From Oscillospiraceae bacterium (GTDB lineage Bacteria > Bacillota > Clostridia > Oscillospirales > CAG-272), in contig SVTQ01000004.1 in the NCBI GenBank assembly GCA_015063695.1, forward strand, positions 3,784 to 67,783: DNA of 64,000 bases. The letters are read 5' to 3'. The translations under genes and the position numbers were made by a program. Below are positions 37,703-45,228 of this stretch, piece by piece. Below the pieces are notes generated by a model. That model was not told the DNA's origin. It did no database searches and saw only the letters and a list, made by a program, of their open reading frames with translations. Numbering within the stretch: the stretch's first letter is position 1; the number at the start of each line of letters is the position of its first letter.

Positions 37703-37987
37703 TTTTGTTTTACCAGCCTTTCTTTTAACATTCTTTCGTGCACTTTACAGCAGGTATTCTACTACTTATATGAAGAAAGGCAGGTCGTTTTTCCTCTGCA
37801 GTTTTTTGGTGCCTCGGGCGACTTTTTGTGAAATCTGAGAAAAAAGAACTGAACAAAAAAATTTCCCGTGCGTTTCCCGTGGAAGTGTTTCGGGAAATAG
37901 TCGGGAAAGAAATTTATTGCGATAAGTTTTGTTGCGGGAAAAATCTTTCTCTTGACAAAGAGAGGATATTCCTTTATAATTGGCGTA

Positions 37988-38386
37988 AAGCAGATCGGAC
38001 TGTCGCGTATCTTTGCGCCGAAAGGTATAGGTATGAGGAAAGTCCGGGCTTCACAGGGCAGGATAACGGATAACGTCCGCCGGAGGCGACTCCCGGGAAA
38101 GTGCAACAGAAATAGACCGCCTCGGTAAGGGGGCCTCAAATCAGCTTTGCTGATTTGGGGTTCTCAGAAGAGGTAAGGATGGAAAGGCGAGGTAAGAGCT
38201 CACCGGCATTGGTGGTAACACCGTGCAAATGTAAACCCTATCCGAAGCAACACCGCAAGTGAACGAGTTTTCTCATGTTTGCCCGACAGAGCTTCACAGG
38301 TGGCTGGAGGTGTACGGTAACGTGCATCCAAGACAGATGACAGTCGTGCCTTTGGCATACAAAACCCGGCTTACAGATCTGCTTTT
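37988..38386 (+). ncRNA. rnpB: RNase P RNA (bacterial type A)
   Basis: Contains GAGGAAAGTCCGGGC (P4 5' half, 38034..38048) and ACAAAACCCGGCTTACAG (P4 3' half). Terminal P1 pairing is AAGCAGATC / GATCTGCTT. No credible ORF overlaps it. Confidence 0.9.
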
Positions 38387-38400
38387 CTCTTTGAATATTA

Positions 38401-38453
38401 AAACACCTCAGTGATCTCGCTCCCTCTCGGGAAGGCGTTTCGCTGAGGTGTTT
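38401..38453. terminator. hairpin terminator between rnpB and the ATPase gene
   Basis: AAACACCTCAG...CTGAGGTGTTT stem followed by TTTTCTCTTT. Confidence 0.5.
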
Positions 38454-38464
38454 TTCTCTTTGCG

Positions 38465-41095
38465 TTATTTCTTTATAATTCTCTTTATAAGCTTTACAAC
38501 TTCTACAATGGGGATTATAAGGAAGCCGATGCCCACTGCAACGGCATAATGGGGAATACTTACGGTAGTAAAGCCGAAGGCATTTGCAATAAAAGGAACC
38601 TCCGTAACTGCCGCGGTGCTGACAAGAGCAAGGAGAGCCGCTCCGAGGAGCACCTTGTTCTGCTTTCTGACAGCAAAGATACTCTTTTCTCTTGAGCGCA
38701 TATTGAAGCTATGGAAAATCTCAGCCATGGAAAGTGTAAGAAATGCCATTGTTGTACCCAGGTCACTGTTTACAAAGTGCACTGCACCAAGCTCGAAGTA
38801 CACGCCTACAAAGTAGGAAATAAGAACGAGCGCCGCAACGGAAAGTCCCTGATAAACAACGTCAAAGCCCATACCCTCTGCAAAAATACCCGATTTGGAG
38901 CTTCGGGGAGCACGCTTCATAATTCCCGTCTCCGCCTCTTCCATACCGAGTGCCAGAGCAGGAAGGCTGTCTGTAATAAGGTTTATCCAGAGAAGATGGA
39001 CGGGCTTCAAAATAACGAAACCAAGGAGAGTTGCAACAAATATCGCAATTACCTCGGAAACGTTTGAGCCGAGAAGGAACTGAATTGCCTTTCTGATATT
39101 GTCGTAAATTCTTCTGCCCTCTTCAACTGCGCCCACGATCGTCGCAAAGTTATCGTCGGCAAGAACCATATCGGCAACGTTTTTAGTAACGTCGGTACCC
39201 GTGATACCCATGCCCACACCGATGTCGGCAGATTTAATGGAAGGAGCATCGTTTACACCGTCGCCTGTCATAGCGGTGATATATCCTGCTTTTCTCCAGG
39301 CGTTTACTATTCTTGTTTTATGCTCAGGCTGAACTCTTGCGTAAACGGAAATGTTGGGACAGCGACGTTCAAATTCCTCGTCACTCATGGCGGAGAGCTG
39401 TGCTCCCGTCACCGCTTCTTTTTCGCCGTGAAGAATTCCAAGCTCCTTTGCAATGGCAACGGCAGTATCAACGTGGTCACCCGTTATCATGATAGGAGTA
39501 ATTCCTGCGCTGACACATTCAACTATCGCCGCCTTTACCTCGGGACGGACGGGGTCTATCATTGCGGAGAGACCGACGAAGCACATTTCTCGCTCAACCT
39601 TCTCACTGACGTATTCGGAAGGCTCGCTGTCAAGCTTTACCATGGCGCATGCAAGAACACGCAGAGCTCTGTCTGCCATGCCTTTGTTTGCCTTCATTAT
39701 CTCGGCTCTGTATTCCTCGGTCATGGGAACCGGTTTTCCGTTTTCGAGGCGGGAGGTACATCTGTCGATGATCATATCGGGCGCGCCTTTTGTAAACTGA
39801 AGAAGCTTTTCACCGGCTCTGCAGACGCAGGTCATCATTTTTCTGTCGGAGTCAAAGGGTATCTCACCCACACGGGGAAACTGTCCTTTCAGCTCGTATT
39901 TTTTGTTGCCAAGCTTATTTGCCCACTCCACAAGAGCCGCCTCTGTGGGCTCGCCCGTTACCGTGCCGTCTTCATTCAGCTCCGCATCACTGGAGAGTGC
40001 CATGGCGCGTGAAAGAAGCTTCTCATCCTCGGTAAAGGACTCAACTACGGTCATTTTGTTCTGAGTGAGCGTACCCGTTTTATCGGAACAGATTATCTGT
40101 GCGCATCCGAGGGTCTCAACCGCGGTCAGACGGCGGACGATAGCGCTTCTCTTTGACATATTGGAAACGCCGATGGAAAGAACAACGGTAACGACCGCCG
40201 CAAGCCCCTCGGGAATTGCCGCAACCGCAAGGGAAACGGCTACCATAAAGGAATCGAGGGCACCGTCAAGGGTGAAACCGCCCTGACGTATCATCTGAAC
40301 TGCAAATATTACGACACAAATGCCGAGAACCACCCATGTGAGTATTTTTGAAAGGCTTGAGAGCTTCATCTGAAGGGGAGTTTTTCCCTCTTCGGTCTTT
40401 GCAAGAGCATCGGCTATCTTTCCCATTTCGGTATCCATTCCGCAAGCGGTAATAACCGCCACACCTCTGCCGTAAACGACGGTCGAGCCCATGTATACCA
40501 TATTCGTTCTGTCGCCGAGAGGCACGTCAGCGCTGCTTTTGAGGTTTATTGCATCAATAAGCTTATTTACGGGAACGGATTCACCTGTCAGCGCGGATTC
40601 TTCTATTTTAAGTCCTGCGCTTTCAAGAAGTCTGCCGTCGGCAGGAACGCTGTCGCCTGCCTCAAGAAGAACGATATCACCAACTACAAGCTCCTCGCTT
40701 TTTATGGAAACTACCTTGCCGTCACGAAGTACCTTTGAGGTTGCCGCCGCCATTTCCTGCAGTGCTTCTATTGCCTTTTCCGCCTTGCTTTCCTGGTATA
40801 CGCCGAGGATGGCATTGAAAAGCACGACCGCAAGAATAATTATAACGTCTGCAAAGCTTTCCTTTTCAATAACTGCGATAACTCCGCTGACAACTGCCGC
40901 CGCAATAAGAATAATTATCATAGGGTCGGCAAGCTGCTTTAAAAATCGAAGAAAAAAGGACTCCTTCTTCGCTTCTTTAAGCTTGTTTTTTCCGTTTTTC
41001 TCAAGACGCGCGGCAGCTTCCGCAGACGTTAGTCCTTCACGTCTGCTCTCTGTTTCTCTCAGAGCAATATCTGCGCTTTCGTTGTAAAATTTCAT
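38465..41095 (-). CDS. calcium-translocating P-type ATPase (PMCA/SERCA-like)
   Basis: 876 aa from the ATG at 41095 (MKFYNESADIALRE). Motifs TGES, CSDKTGTLT and MTGDGVNDAP. The track's N-terminal extension to 41287 would overlap the promoter at 41177..41205. Confidence 0.92.
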   Translation of the reverse strand: MKFYNESADIALRETESRREGLTSAEAAARLEKNGKNKLKEAKKESFFLRFLKQLADPMIIILIAAAVVSGVIAVIEKESFADVIIILAVVLFNAILGVYQESKAEKAIEALQEMAAATSKVLRDGKVVSIKSEELVVGDIVLLEAGDSVPADGRLLESAGLKIEESALTGESVPVNKLIDAINLKSSADVPLGDRTNMVYMGSTVVYGRGVAVITACGMDTEMGKIADALAKTEEGKTPLQMKLSSLSKILTWVVLGICVVIFAVQMIRQGGFTLDGALDSFMVAVSLAVAAIPEGLAAVVTVVLSIGVSNMSKRSAIVRRLTAVETLGCAQIICSDKTGTLTQNKMTVVESFTEDEKLLSRAMALSSDAELNEDGTVTGEPTEAALVEWANKLGNKKYELKGQFPRVGEIPFDSDRKMMTCVCRAGEKLLQFTKGAPDMIIDRCTSRLENGKPVPMTEEYRAEIMKANKGMADRALRVLACAMVKLDSEPSEYVSEKVEREMCFVGLSAMIDPVRPEVKAAIVECVSAGITPIMITGDHVDTAVAIAKELGILHGEKEAVTGAQLSAMSDEEFERRCPNISVYARVQPEHKTRIVNAWRKAGYITAMTGDGVNDAPSIKSADIGVGMGITGTDVTKNVADMVLADDNFATIVGAVEEGRRIYDNIRKAIQFLLGSNVSEVIAIFVATLLGFVILKPVHLLWINLITDSLPALALGMEEAETGIMKRAPRSSKSGIFAEGMGFDVVYQGLSVAALVLISYFVGVYFELGAVHFVNSDLGTTMAFLTLSMAEIFHSFNMRSREKSIFAVRKQNKVLLGAALLALVSTAAVTEVPFIANAFGFTTVSIPHYAVAVGIGFLIIPIVEVVKLIKRIIKK

Positions 41096-41176
41096 ATATA
41101 AAGACTTCCTTTCAAGAAGAAGACCCGCAAACGGAAAGCCGTCCGCAAGTACGGTCATTTTATTAAAGACGGGTAA

Positions 41177-41205
41177 AGTATACCACCCCTCACAGCAATT
41201 GTCAA
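41177..41205 (-). promoter_or_regulatory. sigma-A type promoter of the ATPase gene
   Basis: The minus strand reads TTGACA, a 17-nt spacer, then TATACT, about 80 nt upstream of the 41095 start. Confidence 0.5.
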
Positions 41206-41308
41206 TCAGTAGGAATGGTAAACTTTTCTTCAAAAATCGCGGAAAATAACCGTTTTCTTCCAAGTGATAAACCACTAACGGCAACACGCCCTTTTTTTCG
41301 CGAAATAT

Positions 41309-41728
41309 TTAGTACAAAATAACGTTTACATCAAGCTTAAATTTTTCAGCGGTTTTTATCATGTTCGCGGTTCCGGGACTGGTGCCGTCCCAAAAGGCGA
41401 AGAGGACACCTGAAAAACCGTCGGCTGCGGCGGCTCGTGCCATTTCTTCGTTTCGTTTGGGACCTGCGGCTCTTCCGTATTTTTTCCAATCGGCAGGGTA
41501 TCGAACAACGGGTATACCGTATTCTTCCGCATACTTTTCTCCGAGACTGTCTGCTCCCTTTGCTCCTCCGCTTATTATTTCTATACGTAAGCTCTCCTGT
41601 TCTATTTTCCAAGGAAGCTCTGTAGCTTTAACGTTCAACGTTCTTTCAAAATACTCATTCAGAGTTTTTTTGAGAAGCTCGTAATTATTAAAATCACGGC
41701 CTCCGGCTATAATTATTCTGTAATTCAT
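41309..41728 (-). CDS. SLOG-fold protein, DUF2493-like
   Basis: 139 aa. IIIAGGRDF ... ISGGAKGADSLGE ... PADWKKYGRAAGPKRNEEM pattern of the DUF2493/YspA-like SLOG family. Confidence 0.65.
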   Translation of the reverse strand: MNYRIIIAGGRDFNNYELLKKTLNEYFERTLNVKATELPWKIEQESLRIEIISGGAKGADSLGEKYAEEYGIPVVRYPADWKKYGRAAGPKRNEEMARAAAADGFSGVLFAFWDGTSPGTANMIKTAEKFKLDVNVILY

Positions 41729-41824
41729 ATTTCATTCCTTTCTGATCCGTTTGAATTAATATTCTTACTATGACAAAATCTATCAACTCATATAGTTATT
41801 AAATCAACCACAAGTCAACACATA

Positions 41825-41838
41825 ATTAGTATACTAAT
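41825..41838. promoter_or_regulatory. perfect 14-bp palindrome, candidate XRE operator
   Basis: ATTAGTATACTAAT lies 18 nt upstream of the XRE gene start, in the SLOG/XRE divergent region. Confidence 0.4.
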
Positions 41839-41856
41839 ATAGAAGGAGGTGCTGAA

Positions 41857-42147
41857 ATGGTCAACTTTGGAGACAGATTAAAAGCGTTGAGAACAGAGGC
41901 AGGCTTAACGCAAGCTGAACTTGCGGAAAAACTACATCTTACAAAATCCGTTGTGTCCTATTACGAATTGCAAGAAAGAACCCCGTCTCCCGAAATTCTT
42001 GTGCGCATCGCAAAGATATTTCATGTTACCACAAACTATTTGTTGGGTGTAGATAATAAAAAAATGATAGACGTTTCCGATCTGACCGAAGACGATCTGC
42101 ACCTTTTATTACTCACTATTGAAACACTTCGTAAAAAGAATTCTTAA
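41857..42147 (+). CDS. XRE-family HTH transcriptional regulator
   Basis: 96 aa. HTH_3 pattern LKALRTEAGLTQAELAEKLHLTKSVVSYYE. GAAGGAGG RBS present. Confidence 0.85.
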   Translation: MVNFGDRLKALRTEAGLTQAELAEKLHLTKSVVSYYELQERTPSPEILVRIAKIFHVTTNYLLGVDNKKMIDVSDLTEDDLHLLLLTIETLRKKNS

Positions 42148-42297
42148 TTGAGTAAATCCAATATAGCTATAAAACATACAAATCGCCAAAGAACATAATA
42201 CTATAATTGATTTTAGCGGATTTTCCGCTAAATGTCAATGCTGAAAAACCACCTAAACTATAATAATACATAGTTTGATGTAGGTGGTGATTTTATT

Positions 42298-42501
42298 TTG
42301 TACAGGAGAATAAGAGAGCTTCGCGAGGACAGAGATCTAACTCAAAAGCAAATGGGAGAAATATTGTCCTGCAGTCAGAGAGTATACAGTAATTACGAAC
42401 GCGGAGAACTTGATATCCCCACCGAAATTCTTATAAAGCTTGCCGATTTTCATATGGTTTCCGTTGATTATCTCTTGGGAAGAACAGATAAAAAACTTTA
42501 G
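42298..42501 (+). CDS. XRE-family HTH transcriptional regulator (short)
   Basis: 67 aa. IRELREDRDLTQKQMGEILSCSQRVYSNYERG. TTG start with an AGGTGG RBS. Confidence 0.8.
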   Translation: MYRRIRELREDRDLTQKQMGEILSCSQRVYSNYERGELDIPTEILIKLADFHMVSVDYLLGRTDKKL

Positions 42502-42591
42502 TACAATTGAATTTTATCAACTCAAAGCTCTGAAAACAGAGCTTTTTTATTTTACATAGACACAATTGCTATTGATAATTATTCGGTTTTA

Positions 42592-42690
42592 TGGTAAGAT
42601 AGTAAGTAAGATAATAAGCAAGATAATACGCAAGATAGTAAGCAAGATAGTAAGCAAGATAGTAAGCAAGATAATACGCATGATGAGAAA
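42592..42690. repeat. tandem array of a 12-bp unit (consensus AGCAAGATAGTA), 8-9 copies
   Basis: Units read GGTAAGATAGTA AGTAAGATAATA AGCAAGATAATA CGCAAGATAGTA AGCAAGATAGTA (x3) AGCAAGATAATA CGCATGATGAGA. The array ends about 5 nt before the Fic RBS. Confidence 0.9.
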
Positions 42691-42707
42691 ATATGGAGGA
42701 CATAAAA

Positions 42708-43712
42708 ATGCCCGAATATATACCGCCGTATGAAATTACGGATAAAATTTTAAGTCTTGTTGCTTCCATTTCAGAAAAAATCGGAAGAATTACAGAACGA
42801 AGCAGTCTGAGTTCAAAACCTCACTTAAGAAAAAATAACAAGATCAAATCTATTTACTCTTCTCTTGCAATTGAGGCAAATTCTCTTTCCTTTGGAGAAG
42901 TAAAAGACGTTATAAGCGGAAAAACTGTTATTGGAAAAGAAAAAGAGATACAGGAAGTAAAAAATGCTTATGCCGCTTATGAGGAAGTATCAAAGCTTGA
43001 CGTTTACAGCTTGAAAGAGCTGAAGCGTCTGCACGGTATCATGACTAAATATACCGTTAATATCAGCGGTGAGTTCAGGCGCGGAGAAGAGGGAGTCTTC
43101 AACGGAGACAAGTGCATTTTTATGGCTCCGCCCGCAAGATTTGTTCCCTCTCAAATGGAAGACCTTTTCAACTGGATGACAGAAAAAAAGGATACTGTAC
43201 ATCCGCTTATACTTTCCGCCGTTTTCCATTATGAATTTGTTTTTATTCATCCTTTTACCGACGGAAACGGAAGAATGGCCCGTTTGTGGCATACGGCGCT
43301 CCTTGCAAAATGGCAACCGATTTTTGAATATATTCCCATAGAAAGCCAGATTGAAAAATTCCAAAACGGTTATTATGATGCAATCGCAAAATGCCACAAA
43401 GAAAGCAGCAGTACATTTTTTATAGAGTTTATGCTTGAGCAGATATACACAATTCTTAATGAAGTTTCTGCCACCGTTACCTCTCCTTTCGATAATCTTT
43501 CCGAATACGTTACAAGGCTCCTTTCGGTGATGAAGTATGATAAAGCATATTCTGCAAATGAGATCCTCGCCTTGCTTGGACTAAAATCCAAAGAGACGTT
43601 AAGAAAGAATTATCTGACCCCCGCAATCAAAGATGGTCTGATAAGTATGAGCGAACCGGATAAGCCGAGAAGTAAAAACCAACGATATATTAAAACTCAT
43701 AGTGCTGATTAA
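42708..43712 (+). CDS. Fic-family protein
   Basis: Active-site HPFTDGNGRMARLW. N-terminal helix SLAIEAN, where Ala follows the inhibitory Glu instead of G/N. I prefer the ATG at 42708 (MPEYIPPYE), with GGAGGA 7 nt upstream, over 42693. Confidence 0.9.
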   Translation: MPEYIPPYEITDKILSLVASISEKIGRITERSSLSSKPHLRKNNKIKSIYSSLAIEANSLSFGEVKDVISGKTVIGKEKEIQEVKNAYAAYEEVSKLDVYSLKELKRLHGIMTKYTVNISGEFRRGEEGVFNGDKCIFMAPPARFVPSQMEDLFNWMTEKKDTVHPLILSAVFHYEFVFIHPFTDGNGRMARLWHTALLAKWQPIFEYIPIESQIEKFQNGYYDAIAKCHKESSSTFFIEFMLEQIYTILNEVSATVTSPFDNLSEYVTRLLSVMKYDKAYSANEILALLGLKSKETLRKNYLTPAIKDGLISMSEPDKPRSKNQRYIKTHSAD

Positions 43713-43752
43713 CCAAAATTTAACTATAAATCGGACAGAAAGGAGAGCTGAA

Positions 43753-45078
43753 ATGTTACCCGAAAAGGCTGAATTTATTATAAACAGACTGCGTGAAAAC
43801 GGCTTTGAGGCTTACGCAGTGGGCGGCTGTGTGCGAGATATGCTTCGCGGCACCGTTCCCAATGATTTTGATATTACAACTTCTGCTCTTCCTCATGAAA
43901 CAAAAGAGGTCTTTTCTGACCTTCACACCATTGATACGGGTATTTCTCACGGAACGGTAACCGTTATGGTTGACAATGAACCCTTTGAAGTCACAACTTT
44001 TCGATGTGACGGTGAATATCTTGATTCGCGCCACCCCGAGAGCGTAACTTTTACCATGAGCGTTGAAGACGATCTTTCAAGACGTGATTTTACGGTGAAT
44101 TCCATGGCAATGGGAGCTGACGGAAAGATAATCGACCCTTTCGACGGAAAAAGCGACCTTGAAAACAAGATGATCCGTTGTACGGGAGAAGCCGAAAAAC
44201 GTTTTTCCGAGGATGCCCTTCGCATCATGAGAGCCCTTCGCTTCTCTTCCGTTTTAGGATTTGAAATAGAAGAAGCGACTGCGGCGGCAATACACAAAAA
44301 GAAGGAGCTTCTTCTTAATATCTCCGTAGAGAGAATTTTTGAAGAACTTAAAAAGCTTCTTTGCGGAAAAGACGTTTTGAGAATTCTTATGGAATATTCC
44401 GACGTTATCTGCACGGTTATTCCCGATCTTTCGCCTTGCGTTGGATTTGACCAAAAGAATAAACACCACGTATATGATATTTACGAACACTCGGCAAGGG
44501 CAGTTGATGCCATTGAACCCGACAGCACTCTTCGTCTCACAATGCTTCTTCACGATGTGGGAAAACCCTCGGTCGTAAGCGAAGATGACAAAGGATTCAG
44601 ACACTTTTTCGGACATCCCGAAATAAGCGCAAAAATGGCAGAAGATATTCTCGGCAGACTCCATGCCGACAACGCCGCAAAGGACACCGTAAGCCTTCTT
44701 TGCAGATGGCATGACAAAGACATCATCCCCGATGAAAAACACGTAAAAAGGCTGTTTATGCGTCTCTCCTATGAGCAGATCATCATGCTTTGTAAAGTGA
44801 GAATGGCAGATAATGCCGCCCAGAATCCCAAATTTCAAAAACGGGGCGAGGATGCCGTCAAAATAATGAAGCTTGCAGAAAGAATTATATTAGAAAAACA
44901 GTGCGTTACTCTTCGTGATCTGGCAGTCAACGGTAACGACATGAAAAAGTGCGGATACAACGGTACTGAGATCGGAAGGATTCTGAATCTTCTTCTTGAA
45001 AAAGTTATCGACGGAGAAATTGAAAACAAAAAAGAAATACTTCTTCTATTTGCAGAAAGAATTAACAATAATATCTGA
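43753..45078 (+). CDS. cca: CCA tRNA nucleotidyltransferase / poly(A) polymerase-family enzyme with HD domain
   Basis: VGGCVRD and DFDITT nucleotidyltransferase motifs plus HDVGK. ATG at 43753 with AAAGGAGAG upstream; the track start at 43702 overlaps the Fic gene end. Confidence 0.85.
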   Translation: MLPEKAEFIINRLRENGFEAYAVGGCVRDMLRGTVPNDFDITTSALPHETKEVFSDLHTIDTGISHGTVTVMVDNEPFEVTTFRCDGEYLDSRHPESVTFTMSVEDDLSRRDFTVNSMAMGADGKIIDPFDGKSDLENKMIRCTGEAEKRFSEDALRIMRALRFSSVLGFEIEEATAAAIHKKKELLLNISVERIFEELKKLLCGKDVLRILMEYSDVICTVIPDLSPCVGFDQKNKHHVYDIYEHSARAVDAIEPDSTLRLTMLLHDVGKPSVVSEDDKGFRHFFGHPEISAKMAEDILGRLHADNAAKDTVSLLCRWHDKDIIPDEKHVKRLFMRLSYEQIIMLCKVRMADNAAQNPKFQKRGEDAVKIMKLAERIILEKQCVTLRDLAVNGNDMKKCGYNGTEIGRILNLLLEKVIDGEIENKKEILLLFAERINNNI

Positions 45079-45174
45079 AATAATAATCCCTGCTTTGTAA
45101 AGGAACTTATCTTCCGCGCAAAACAGGGATTTATTCTTGTTATTATATGAATTTATAAGATGTCTATATACTGT

Positions 45175-45203
45175 AAAAGGGAGTCTCCGAAGAGACTCCC
45201 TTT
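45175..45203. terminator. hairpin terminator downstream of the giant surface-protein gene
   Basis: AAAA-GGGAGTCTCcgaaGAGACTCCC-TTT, a perfect 9-bp stem. Confidence 0.7.
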
Positions 45204-45228
45204 AGAGTTTTATTTAGCTTTTAAAATA

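Noticed and set aside
37762-38139. ORFs 37762..38139 (-) and 37828..38073 (+)
   Set aside because: They overlap the RNase P RNA gene and the spoIIE upstream region. The sequence is better explained by the conserved rnpB P1/P4 elements.
41096-41287. 64-aa N-terminal extension of the P-type ATPase ORF as given in the track
   Set aside because: The extension would overlap a TTGACA-17-TATACT promoter at 41177..41205 and is not ATPase-like. The canonical N-terminus MKFYNESADIALRE starts at the ATG at 41095.
42592-42690. Possible CRISPR array
   Set aside because: The units are 12 bp and directly abut each other with no spacers. No cas genes are present in the window.
42569-42769. 66-aa minus-strand ORF containing an AYYLAYYLAYYL repeat
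   Set aside because: It is an artefact of translating the 12-bp tandem DNA array (four codons per unit). It overlaps the Fic start and has no RBS.
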